A DNA stretch of 32,000 nucleotides, from positions 130,871 through 162,870 of the forward strand of contig CAVTLW010000026.1 of the NCBI GenBank assembly GCA_963735655.1, in the 5' to 3' direction. Of the stretch, positions 17,550-26,253 are shown piece after piece (within the stretch, counting starts at the first letter, position 1; every line of letters begins with the position of its first letter). The translations under genes were made by a program, and so were the position numbers. The notes under the pieces are model-generated. The model was not told where the DNA came from and did no database searches. It saw nothing but the letters and a program-made list of their open reading frames with translations. Origin of the DNA: an uncultured Actinomycetota bacterium (GTDB lineage Bacteria > Actinomycetota > Actinomycetes > Mycobacteriales > Mycobacteriaceae).

Positions 17550-19374
17550 GTGGTGCTCTCGCCGAACGAGCCAGCACACTCGGTACAGGTCGAGCGTGCC
17601 GAAGAAAGCCCGGCCAGGCTCCGGCGGTGGACCAGCGGGCGCCGCGGCGGCTTCACCGCGCTCATCGTCTACCTACTCGGAGCCGTCGTCCTCACGCTCG
17701 GCGCCTGGAGCGACCCGAGATCCGGCTGGGCCGGCAGCTGCTGCGACCAGGAGCAGACAATCTGGTACCTCGGCTGGACGCCACACGCGCTCGCCCACGG
17801 CCTCGACCCGTTTTTCACCAGCCAGATCGGTGCGCCCGACGGCGTGAACCTCATGTGGAACACCCCGATGACGCTGCTCGGGCTGCTCGGCTGGCTCCCA
17901 GCCAAGAGGTAGCCCGATCTTCGGATTCAACGTCCTCATGGTCGTCGGCATCGCCCTCAGCGGCTTCACCGCCTGGCTCGCGATCCGCCGCTGGACCGGC
18001 GACGGTCTGGGCCCTATGGTCGGCGGCGCCGTCTACGCCTTCTCGCCATACGTCGCCTCGCATGCGGCCCTGCACCTGAACCTCGCCACGGCCTGGGTGC
18101 CGCCCCTCTTCCTGCTCGTCCTCGACGAACTCCTGGTGACCCGGCGTCGACCGCCGTGGCAGGCGGGCTTGGCGCTGGGAGTCCTCAGCACCGCCCAGCT
18201 CCTGATCACCGAGGAGATGCTCGCCACCAGCGTCGTGGCAGCCGCGGTACTCGTCGGCGTCATGGCCTTCGCGCGTCGCGACGGGCTCAGGGCGCGGTGG
18301 CGCGAAGGAGCGGCCCGGCTGGTCCCCGCGCTCGCGGTCGCCATGCTGACGTTCCTGTTGCTCGCGGGCGGGCCGCTGGCCGCCCAGTTCTTCGGACCGC
18401 AGCGGATCAGCGGGCAGGTCCAGGACCCGAAGACGTACTCGACCGACCTGCTGAACCTCGTCCTTCCGACGCCATACCAGCTGCTCGCCCCCGACGCGGC
18501 GACGCGGGTGTCCCACGAATTCAGCGGCCTCTATCACGAGGCGACGGGCTACCTCGGCCTGCCGCTCCTCGTCCTGCTCGTCGTCGTGGCTATTCGCCAA
18601 TGGGACGACCTGCGGATCCGCGTCGCGAGCGTCACCGGGGCGCTGCTGTTCGTGCTCTCGCTCGGGCCGTGGCTGCACGTCGGCAAGGAAGCGCTCCACG
18701 TCCCGCTTCCGTGGCTGCTCTTCAGTAGGCTGACGCTGCTCAAACATGTTCTGCCGTCCCGCTTTACGCTCTTCACCTGGTTGGCGGTCGCCGTGATCGT
18801 CGCGATCGTCATCGCGCGCGCGACCCAGCTCGCCCCGCGACCGGCGGCGCAGTGGCTGCTCGCCGTGGTCGCGGCGCTCGTCGTGATCCTCCCGGCTCCG
18901 CTGGAACGGGTACCGGCATTCACACCCCCCTACTTCCGGGAGTGGGCGAGCCACCACATCGGGCCCGACGAGACCGTCCTGGTCGCCCCGTATGCCACCG
19001 ACGGGGCACTGACCGCGCCGATGCTGTGGGCGGCCGAGACCGACTACGGACTCAAGATGCCGGAGGGCTACGCCTACATGCCCTGGCCGGGCGGCGGAAC
19101 AGGGGATGGGCCGCCGTCAACGCGGCTTTCCACGATCATGCGAACGATCCAGGGCGGCGAGGCCGCACCCATGGCGCGCGGCGAGACTCGCGCACAAGTC
19201 GCCGCCGACCTCCACGACGCGGACGTGCGGCACGTGATCGTCGGGCCGATGCAGGCCTGGGAGGCGATGCTCGCGTTCTTCACCGACCTCTTCGGCCGGG
19301 CGCCCGAGCGAGTCGGCGGCATCGCGATCTGGCGCGACATCAACGTGCGGGGCGTTGTTCCGCCGCCTGCCTAG
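17550..19374 (+). pseudogene. large polytopic membrane protein (GT-C-like topology, function unknown) split by one frameshift
   Basis: ORF 17550..17912 ends ...NTPMTLLGLLGWLPAKR*. The next frame opens at about 17870 and reads ...GSPIFGFNVLMVVGIALSGF..., continuing into ORF 17938..19374. There are at least 9 hydrophobic helices followed by a soluble C-terminal region of about 150 aa. Confidence 0.6.
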
Positions 19375-19395
19375 CCGGCCGCAACGCGTTCGACC

Positions 19396-20358
19396 TCAAA
19401 ACCCAAGCGTCAGTTGGTCTCCGAGCGACTCAACCTTGACCTTCGGCGAAACAACAGATTCGTGAAACAGTTCTTCGAGGCGGTTGACGTCGGGCAGTTC
19501 GGCGGCACCGCGCCGGACCAGGGCGCTGTTGCCCGCGCCGCTACCCGGACCAATCCACGAGACGACGCGACCGTAACCATTTTTGAGGGCCTCAATTGCC
19601 CCCGCCCACGTTCCGCCCGTCTCGTGGTCGCTGGCAACCACAATCGTGCAGCGTGAGAGACCGTAGATGATCTTGTTGCGCCCCATCGCATTTCCGACAG
19701 AGAACGGAGCGCTGGGCGTGAACGGCGTCACCAGGCAGATTCGACCGTCAGCCACACCGCGTCGGGTGCCCCGTCGGGTAACAGAGCGCTCCAGGGCGTC
19801 CGCGAGTACGCCAACGACCTGGCCGCCCACCTCGAATGCAGCGTTCATCGCGTCCCCGTCGACGCCTCGTGCCGCTCCGGAAATGACGGGTAGCCCGGAC
19901 TTCACTGCGCCCTCGGCGATCTCGCGTGCGATCTGCGAGCCTTCGGCCGAGATGTCCCGTGAGCCGACCACGCCGACACCGTCAGTATCGAGCAAAGAAG
20001 TGTCGCCCACGCCGTGAAGCACCACCGGCGCCGAGTCGCCAAGCTGGGCTCGTAGCCGCTGGGGGTAGCGCTCACCGGTGCCCGTGATCGTCCAGATGCC
20101 GGAGTGGTCGAGTTTTTCGAGAGCGATCGCAAGGCCGGCAGCCCGGTCGAAAAGCGTGGCAATCCGCTCGGCATCCTCGCTGGGGATCGATAGCTCGGCG
20201 GCGATCTCGCTGGCGGTCATTCCCTGCAGTGTTGATGGTTCAATGCGTCGGCGCAGCGCCCAAAACTCCCGTGCAGGCATAGGTTTCGTCGCCGATTCGA
20301 CCAAGCGGCTGGTCAGCGCGAGCGCAGCCAAGTCCTGTTCGTCGAGAAGCATTTTCAT
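19396..20358 (-). CDS. DprA/Smf-fold protein (PsyrA/RqlI-like putative antitoxin)
   Basis: VVGSRDISAEG...LPVISGAARGVDGDAMNAAFEVGGQVVGVLADAL...GRNKIIY is the DprA Rossmann core. I prefer ATG 20358 (MKMLLDEQ) because it overlaps the RecQ-PRTase stop as ATGA. Confidence 0.85.
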   Translation of the reverse strand: MKMLLDEQDLAALALTSRLVESATKPMPAREFWALRRRIEPSTLQGMTASEIAAELSIPSEDAERIATLFDRAAGLAIALEKLDHSGIWTITGTGERYPQRLRAQLGDSAPVVLHGVGDTSLLDTDGVGVVGSRDISAEGSQIAREIAEGAVKSGLPVISGAARGVDGDAMNAAFEVGGQVVGVLADALERSVTRRGTRRGVADGRICLVTPFTPSAPFSVGNAMGRNKIIYGLSRCTIVVASDHETGGTWAGAIEALKNGYGRVVSWIGPGSGAGNSALVRRGAAELPDVNRLEELFHESVVSPKVKVESLGDQLTLGF

Positions 20359-22402
20359 CCCTTTGCCTTGCCCACAGTAAACGGATAAACCGGGCCGCTG
20401 CCAGCCGACAGCAGCAGGTCGCCCAATACCGTCATTGTCCACCGGGAGTCCACTACGTCGTCGACAAGCAAGATTGGACCGCTGGGCGCCTTCGCCCGGA
20501 ACCCGAACACCTCATCGACATTGCGGAGCTGTTGGGCGCTATTCTCCATCAGCTTCTGGGGAGCGTTGCGTCGCAGCTTGACCAGGCAGTCGGACACTTG
20601 CACGTGAAGTAAATCGGCAAGTCGGTCCGCGAAGTTCTCGACCAGCGTGCGGGTGGGATCGAGACTGGGCACATAGACGACCGTGCCGCTGAATTCGGGC
20701 ATCCATTCGTTGATCAGCGCGGCGGAAGCCTCGACGAGTACGTCGCTCAGCTGTCGGTGGCCGCGTTTTGCCTCAAGCAGCTGATCACCCCATCCCGGGT
20801 CGGTCAGGTAGCACAAGGACCGGCCGGTCTCGAGAAGGTTTCCGATACTGCCGCGTCGGTGTCCCACCCACACCTTACGAGGCTCGATGGTGATCGGGCG
20901 CTGCCTGATAAAGCTCAGGGCTTGCCCGACCAAACTTGGGTCCGTCTTTCGGTCGTATCGATTACCCGTGCAGTTATCGCACCGGCCGCACGAGTCGACT
21001 GCGTTGTCGTCGAGGACATTTCGCAGGAATGCCATGCGGCATGCTGACGTGGTCGCGTAATCGCGCATGGCCTGGTGCTCCGCCAGTCGAGCATTCCTTA
21101 CACGCTCGATCCGCGCAGTGTCGAAGCTCCACGGGCGCAGAGTGCGACGGTATTTTGACCGCTCCTTTTCGACCGCACCCTCGACCTCGAGCACTTTGAG
21201 TAGACCTGTGATCCGGGAGGTGGGCATGTTGACGTTCACCTCGATGTCGCGCTGTCCGACCCAATCGCCTTCGGCCTCGAGATACTCGACGACCTGCTCG
21301 GCATGCCATTGGATAGGAAGGCCGTGATCGAGAAAGTACTGCCAGATGTCCTCGTCGTGTTCACTCCACAGCAAGACCACTTCTGCATGGTCGACGGCGC
21401 GGCCCGCGCGGCCCACTTGCTGGTAGTACGCGACGGGAGAGTCGGGTGACTGAAAGTGGATCACGAAGGCGAGATCGGGCTTGTCGAACCCCATACCCAG
21501 CGCCGACGTTGCGGCGACGACCTTCAGATCATTCGACTTGAGTTGCCTCTCGATCTCCATTCGTCGTTCTGGATCTGTCTCGCCCGAATACGCGGCCGCC
21601 GGAATTCCCTTGGCGTTCAACCAGTCCGCAACTCGTGCGGTGTCTGCGACAGTCAGGCAGTAGACGATGCCCGACCCCGGCATTCGCGGGATCCGCTGAG
21701 CAAGCCACGCGAGCCGCTCGACAATGGTGGGGATTCGATCGAAGACAGCGCCAAGCTTTCGCGGTCGAGGCTGCCGCGGCTCAGCTTGAGGTCGGCGCCC
21801 AGCTGGCGGCGAATGTCTTCGACCACGCGGTCGTTTGCTGTTGCCGTTGTGCACAGCACGGGAACTCCTGGCGGCATGAACTCGAGCACGCGGACGAGAC
21901 GGCGGTAGTCCGGGCGAAAGTCGTGGCCCCAGTCGCTGATGCAGTGTGCCTCGTCGATGACGAGAAGGCCCGCACTGCGACTGAGCGGCCCGAGCAACCT
22001 GTCCCTGAAGTCGAGGTTGTTGAATCGCTCGGGGGACATCAGCAGGAGATCGACGCTCCGCGGCGAAGGTTGCGCTCGATCTCCTCCCACTCTCGCGTGT
22101 TGCTGCTGTTGATCGTTACTGCGTTTAGTTGCCGGCCGAGTCGCCGCTTCGATCTGATCGCGCATGAGCGCCAACAGCGGCGACACGATGATCGTGGTGC
22201 CTGCGCCCCTATCCCGCAGCAAGCGGGTGGCGACGAAGTAGACGGCGCTCTTTCCCCAGCCGGTGCGTTGTACGACTAGAAGGCGGCTGCGCTGTTCCAC
22301 GACGGCCTCGATGGCTTGCAACTGGCCGTCGCGGAATTCCGCTGAAGGTCCCAGTGCCCGCCGCAGGACCGCCAGCGCAGCGTCCTCGAAACCCATCGTC
22401 AA
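20355..22402 (-). pseudogene. RecQ-family helicase fused to a C-terminal ComF-like phosphoribosyltransferase (PsyrT/RqlH-like), frameshifted
   Basis: The N-terminal ORF 21653..22402 carries FRDGQLQAIEAV, QRTGWGKSAVYF, SPLLALMRDQ and VIDEAHCISDWGHDFRPDY. ORF 20355..21854 carries GIVYCLTV, motif VI YYQQVGRAGR and the Zn motif CRMAFL...CGRCDNC. The C-terminal GPILLVDDVVDSRWTM is a PRPP-binding loop. The two ORFs are in different frames (shift near 21746). An internal segment at about 22058-22143 is also out of frame. Confidence 0.8.
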
Positions 22403-22510
22403 GTCGTGAGCCCCTTCTGAGCGAACGTGATCAGGAGGGGAGCGTAGCGGGCCAGGGTGACAAGCGGTTGGCTGCTTGAGCTCATTTCGGGCGCCGGCGG
22501 CTGACCTGCA

Positions 22511-23593
22511 TCACGCCCACCAGGGCGGAAAACCGATGTCCAGCCGCTCGCTTTGCTTGTATCCCGACCAGGTCGGCACGCCCGGCGGTTGCCCACGATA
22601 AATCCCTCGGGCTGCCGCTACGACACGGTCATGCTGTGTAGGCCATTGCAGCTCGGAAGCGATCTCCTCCAGTACGTCACGCTTCCGCTCGAGCACACGG
22701 TTGACGATCTTCACTGACGGTAATGCCCCGCCCTTGTCGCCGTTGCAGCGCGCACAGGACAGCACCAGGTTCGACAGCCCGTCGATCCCAACTAACGACC
22801 ACGGCAACACATGGTCGAGTGGGTTGTTCGTTGGCAGATGCGTTCCGCAGTAGAAGCAGTGCGGGCCGAACGCTTCTTTGAATGGCTGACGGAGGGCAGC
22901 GAGTGTAGTGCGTTCCCGGCCGAACAGATGGCCCGCAATGTCGGGCACATCGGCGTCGAGAAACTTGTTCATCCGCCGGACATCATCGACCCACATGATC
23001 TCTAGAGCAGGCTTCAACAGGCCCGCTAGCCTCGCCAGGCCATGGGCGACACCGGGTTTCAGCACTATTGCGTCTCCGTGGGCACGAAGCGTCGACCGCG
23101 AGACATTCTCGCCCAGAAACGAGTCGTCGTACAGAAACGGATCGCTAACCGACGACCCGGGCAGCTTCTGCAGGCGGGGCAAGGGTTGCTTGGCCAACGC
23201 GATCACGATCCCATTGATCGCCTTCTGATATGCGTCCGGCCTTCGCATGATCGCCACCTCGAGCGACAGACCACGACCGCCTGCTCCGGTTGCTGCGCGA
23301 AGTTCTTTGGTGGCGGCGATAATTCGTGATTTCGATCCGGTACGGCGTTGGGCCAAGTCATGCCCCTCGAACGGGCGGACCTGTTGCCAGTAGATCGCCA
23401 GCACCCGGTGCGCCAATTCGGGAATTGCGACCCGCAACGGGTCGCCTGACCGCTCTGGCAGGTTTTCGATGCAGTGCTCGATCACCGCCATCAACAGGGC
23501 GAGTTTGTAGGTCGCATCACGCTGACCTGTCTCGAGGATCGCGACCACGCGTTGTCCCAGGAGCAGCGGATCGGCAGAGTTACCGTCCACCAT
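22511..23593 (-). CDS. HNH endonuclease with a ~240-aa N-terminal domain of unknown function
   Basis: 360 aa. The HNH motif reads CFYCGTHLPTNNPLDHVLPWSLVGIDGLSNLVLSCARCNGDKG. The N-terminus contains the helix ATYKLALLMAVIEHC. The gene is co-directional with the RecQ-PRTase gene and about 110 bp upstream of it. Confidence 0.85.
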   Translation of the reverse strand: MVDGNSADPLLLGQRVVAILETGQRDATYKLALLMAVIEHCIENLPERSGDPLRVAIPELAHRVLAIYWQQVRPFEGHDLAQRRTGSKSRIIAATKELRAATGAGGRGLSLEVAIMRRPDAYQKAINGIVIALAKQPLPRLQKLPGSSVSDPFLYDDSFLGENVSRSTLRAHGDAIVLKPGVAHGLARLAGLLKPALEIMWVDDVRRMNKFLDADVPDIAGHLFGRERTTLAALRQPFKEAFGPHCFYCGTHLPTNNPLDHVLPWSLVGIDGLSNLVLSCARCNGDKGGALPSVKIVNRVLERKRDVLEEIASELQWPTQHDRVVAAARGIYRGQPPGVPTWSGYKQSERLDIGFPPWWA

Positions 23594-23662
23594 GCACCCG
23601 CGATATCAGCGTCAAGCGGTGTGGCGGCATCGTCGCATTATCGTTGCGGTGGGTGACGGGAC

Positions 23663-25249
23663 TCAGTTGTATGCGGTGCTGCCCGCGACCGGATGTGTGG
23701 TGCTGATGATCTTCGCGATGCAATGATCCCGATCAAATCCTTGGCCTCTGCACCACGCCAGTGCGCCTGCGGAGTCTTGAAAAGTAATGTCCGCCACGGT
23801 AACCCAGAAGTTCGCTTCGGAGAAAGTTGACCAATCGCCGGACCAAAGCAGCCTGGCCCCGTACCGCTGCCGTAGCTGGAGGTGCTCTTGAAGCGCCATT
23901 GCGTTATCCCATGTGACTCCATTGTCCTTGATGCCTGGTCGCTTGGAGCTGAGCTGTGGAACCCAGCGGTCAGCGAGCTGCGCGGACACGAACGAGCGGT
24001 CGCCACTTACGATTTGCCGCAGTTGCTGCTCGGGGTCTGCGGGTGCGGAGGTGACCGTAGTCGGAACGTGGACCGGTCGCGTAGGTGACGATGTGTCCGA
24101 CGGATAGGTCGGCGTGGAATACGTGGGTTGATTGGTGGGCAGTCCGGAGGAGGGGTAGGCGTTCGTCGGGGCAGGATTGTCCGAGCCGGAGTTTCGATTG
24201 GTGAGGACACTGATCGCCAGGACAACAACGGCTACGAGCAACACAGCCGCGACCGCGATCAAACTCGGTAGTAGAAATCTCCCCGCGGGTGCATCCGGGT
24301 GGTGGCCGCCAGCCACAAAGTCAGGACCCGTTGCAGGATAGTCGAATTGAGCATTAAAGGGCGGATGACTACTCGGTGCCGCCGCGCTTTGCGGAGCCTG
24401 CATCGTTGGTGCGGATGGCGGGTAAGACGACTCTGCGGAAAGTGCCCGCTTCGCCGCGCGTCCCAACGCGCCGGCACTGCCGTATCGGTCATCAGGGTGT
24501 TTGGCCATGCCGCGAGCGATGACGCCATCAAAGGACGCGGGAACACGCGCATTCACGAGACTCGGTTGCGGAGGTGGCGACGACACGTGACCCGCGATGA
24601 CTTGGTCGCTGTGACCCGGAAATGGCTTGCCGCCCGTCAATGCTTCGTAAAGCACACAGGCCAGCGAGTAGATATCTACTGCCGGTGTGGCCTCCTGGTC
24701 GCCGAATCTTTCGGGCGCCATGTAGTCCCAGCTGCCCACTTGGTAACCGGTCTTCGTCAGATGCGTGTCGCCCCTGGCCTCGGCTATACCAAAGTCCACT
24801 AGGTAGGCGAAGTCATCTGGCGTGACGATGATGTTCTGCGGCTTGACATCACGGTGAATGAGGCCTTCGGCGTGCGCGGCGTCTAAAGCGGCTGCAATCT
24901 GCCGAATGATGTCGGTAGCTCTTTCGGGTTCAAGGGGACCCGTTTTGAGCATGTCGTGCAGGGTCTTACCGTTGACCAGTCGCATGTCGATGTAAAGCTT
25001 GTGGTCGATCTCGCCCCAATCGTGGATTGGGATGACGTGCGGCTCCTGAAGGATGGCTGCGGCGCGGGACTCGCGCAAGAACCGCGTCCGGAATCCTTCG
25101 TCGTCGGAGTACTGATCGGGGAGCAACTTCAGAGCGACGCGTCTGCCCTTGTCGGTGTCAAACGCCTCGTACACCTCACCCATGCCGCCTTTGCCGAGCA
25201 GCCGGTTGATTTGGTATTTGCCAAATGTCTCGTCAACGAGCGACTTCAT
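23663..25249 (-). CDS. transmembrane Ser/Thr protein kinase (Hanks-type) with a C-terminal extracytoplasmic domain
   Basis: The kinase motifs are GKGGMGEVY, VALK, HRDVKPQNI, DFGIA and APE. A single TM helix (LLPSLIAVAAVLLVAVVVLAISVL) is followed by a Pro/Ser/Thr linker. The ectodomain is about 140 aa and has two Cys residues. Confidence 0.9.
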   Translation of the reverse strand: MKSLVDETFGKYQINRLLGKGGMGEVYEAFDTDKGRRVALKLLPDQYSDDEGFRTRFLRESRAAAILQEPHVIPIHDWGEIDHKLYIDMRLVNGKTLHDMLKTGPLEPERATDIIRQIAAALDAAHAEGLIHRDVKPQNIIVTPDDFAYLVDFGIAEARGDTHLTKTGYQVGSWDYMAPERFGDQEATPAVDIYSLACVLYEALTGGKPFPGHSDQVIAGHVSSPPPQPSLVNARVPASFDGVIARGMAKHPDDRYGSAGALGRAAKRALSAESSYPPSAPTMQAPQSAAAPSSHPPFNAQFDYPATGPDFVAGGHHPDAPAGRFLLPSLIAVAAVLLVAVVVLAISVLTNRNSGSDNPAPTNAYPSSGLPTNQPTYSTPTYPSDTSSPTRPVHVPTTVTSAPADPEQQLRQIVSGDRSFVSAQLADRWVPQLSSKRPGIKDNGVTWDNAMALQEHLQLRQRYGARLLWSGDWSTFSEANFWVTVADITFQDSAGALAWCRGQGFDRDHCIAKIISTTHPVAGSTAYN

Positions 25250-25439
25250 GGCATCCCCCTGCCTCTCCTCCCAGCGGTCAGTATCACCGAGTCGGTTGGG
25301 TTACGCAGGCGTTTGCCGGTGTAGCCCGTCCAGGACCGAAGCAAGCGTCGTGACCGTTCGAGTCCCATGCCCCAATACCGGACTGTCGGATAGCCGGGGA
25401 AGTCTGGGGCAGACGCACGGGGAGGCGCGGTCGCGTGGC

Positions 25440-25689
25440 TCAACACTCGCAGGCCAAGCCGTCGTTGTCGCGGTCCTGGCTGGGGCAGTAGGCCGGGGTC
25501 ATCCCTCGTGATATTGCATCTACCGTGAGCCTTCGCGTCGCTGCAGTTCTTGTAGACGCAGCTGCCTGAACTCATCTCGGTGCAGTTCGCGTCCGAAGGT
25601 TCTGCCCATGCAGTGGGGGCGACTCCGACCGTGATGGCCCAACCTGCGGCCGTGATTGCTACGGCGACGCGTTTTGCACGAATCCTCAT
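25440..25689 (-). pseudogene. small secreted Excalibur-domain protein, frameshifted near its 3' end
   Basis: The signal peptide is MRIRAKRVAVAITAAGWAITVGVAPTAWA/EP. The sequence then reads CVYKNCSDAKAHG...RDDPG. The expected ending YCPSQDRDNDGLACEC* (stop at 25440-25442) is in the +1 frame, with an extra base near 25490-25494. As written, the ORF runs on to 25246. Confidence 0.55.
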
Positions 25690-26253
25690 TGATTCGCTCC
25701 TTTAGAGGTATGGCCGACCTCGCGATTTCGGAGCCTACGCCCGCTTTGCTGACCGCACAATTGTCTGCATAGTCGGTACCCATTTAGGGCGTGAATCTGC
25801 ACGGATGGCTATTGGCTGCCGTTTGAGAGGGCGTTGCTGTGTGCGCGCGGTCCGACGCGTCGAATCTTTTCAGTACTGGTTTGGCTCTGGGTATTTCATA
25901 CTCGCCGCGGGCGTGGGCTGAGGTAGCCATACGTCCGGCAAGTACGGCCAAGCTCGACAACGAGATACCACGCTGGCGGCCGCGGCCACTACAGACAAAG
26001 CGACCGCTCATTTGTTACTAAGCCGTCGCTTATCTTGCCTGGTTGACGCCAAATCAGCGAAAAATATTGACACGCAGAGAATCTCGTTCCACCCCCTGCG
26101 CCTATGAATCACGTAAGTTCGTCACTAAGTAAGGAACCGCGGAACCGTTAGCGGAGTTAAACGATCGAGCAAGGGGGCTCGGCCGTCGATCACGCACCGC
26201 CGATGGCGCAAGCACGCAGAAATTCGGGCATAGATGTCCGCGGGGAGGAAACC

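Noticed and set aside
17851-18957. A 368-aa minus-strand ORF lies opposite the membrane-protein gene.
   Set aside because: It is extremely rich in Arg, Glu, Asp and Gly and looks like the mirror image of a hydrophobic coding frame. It has no motifs.
19396-20358. Calling the DprA-fold gene the canonical competence/recombination mediator dprA.
   Set aside because: It is ATGA-coupled to a RecQ-PRTase fusion and sits beside an HNH nuclease rather than in a housekeeping context. A PsyrA/RqlI-like antitoxin role fits better.
25784-26011. A 75-aa minus-strand ORF in the divergent intergenic region between the Excalibur gene and desA3.
   Set aside because: It has no motifs, an atypical composition and no SD. 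It is more likely promoter or UTR DNA. I also could not support a sigma-A promoter call here; a TTGACA-like hexamer near 26079 lacks a properly spaced -10 element.
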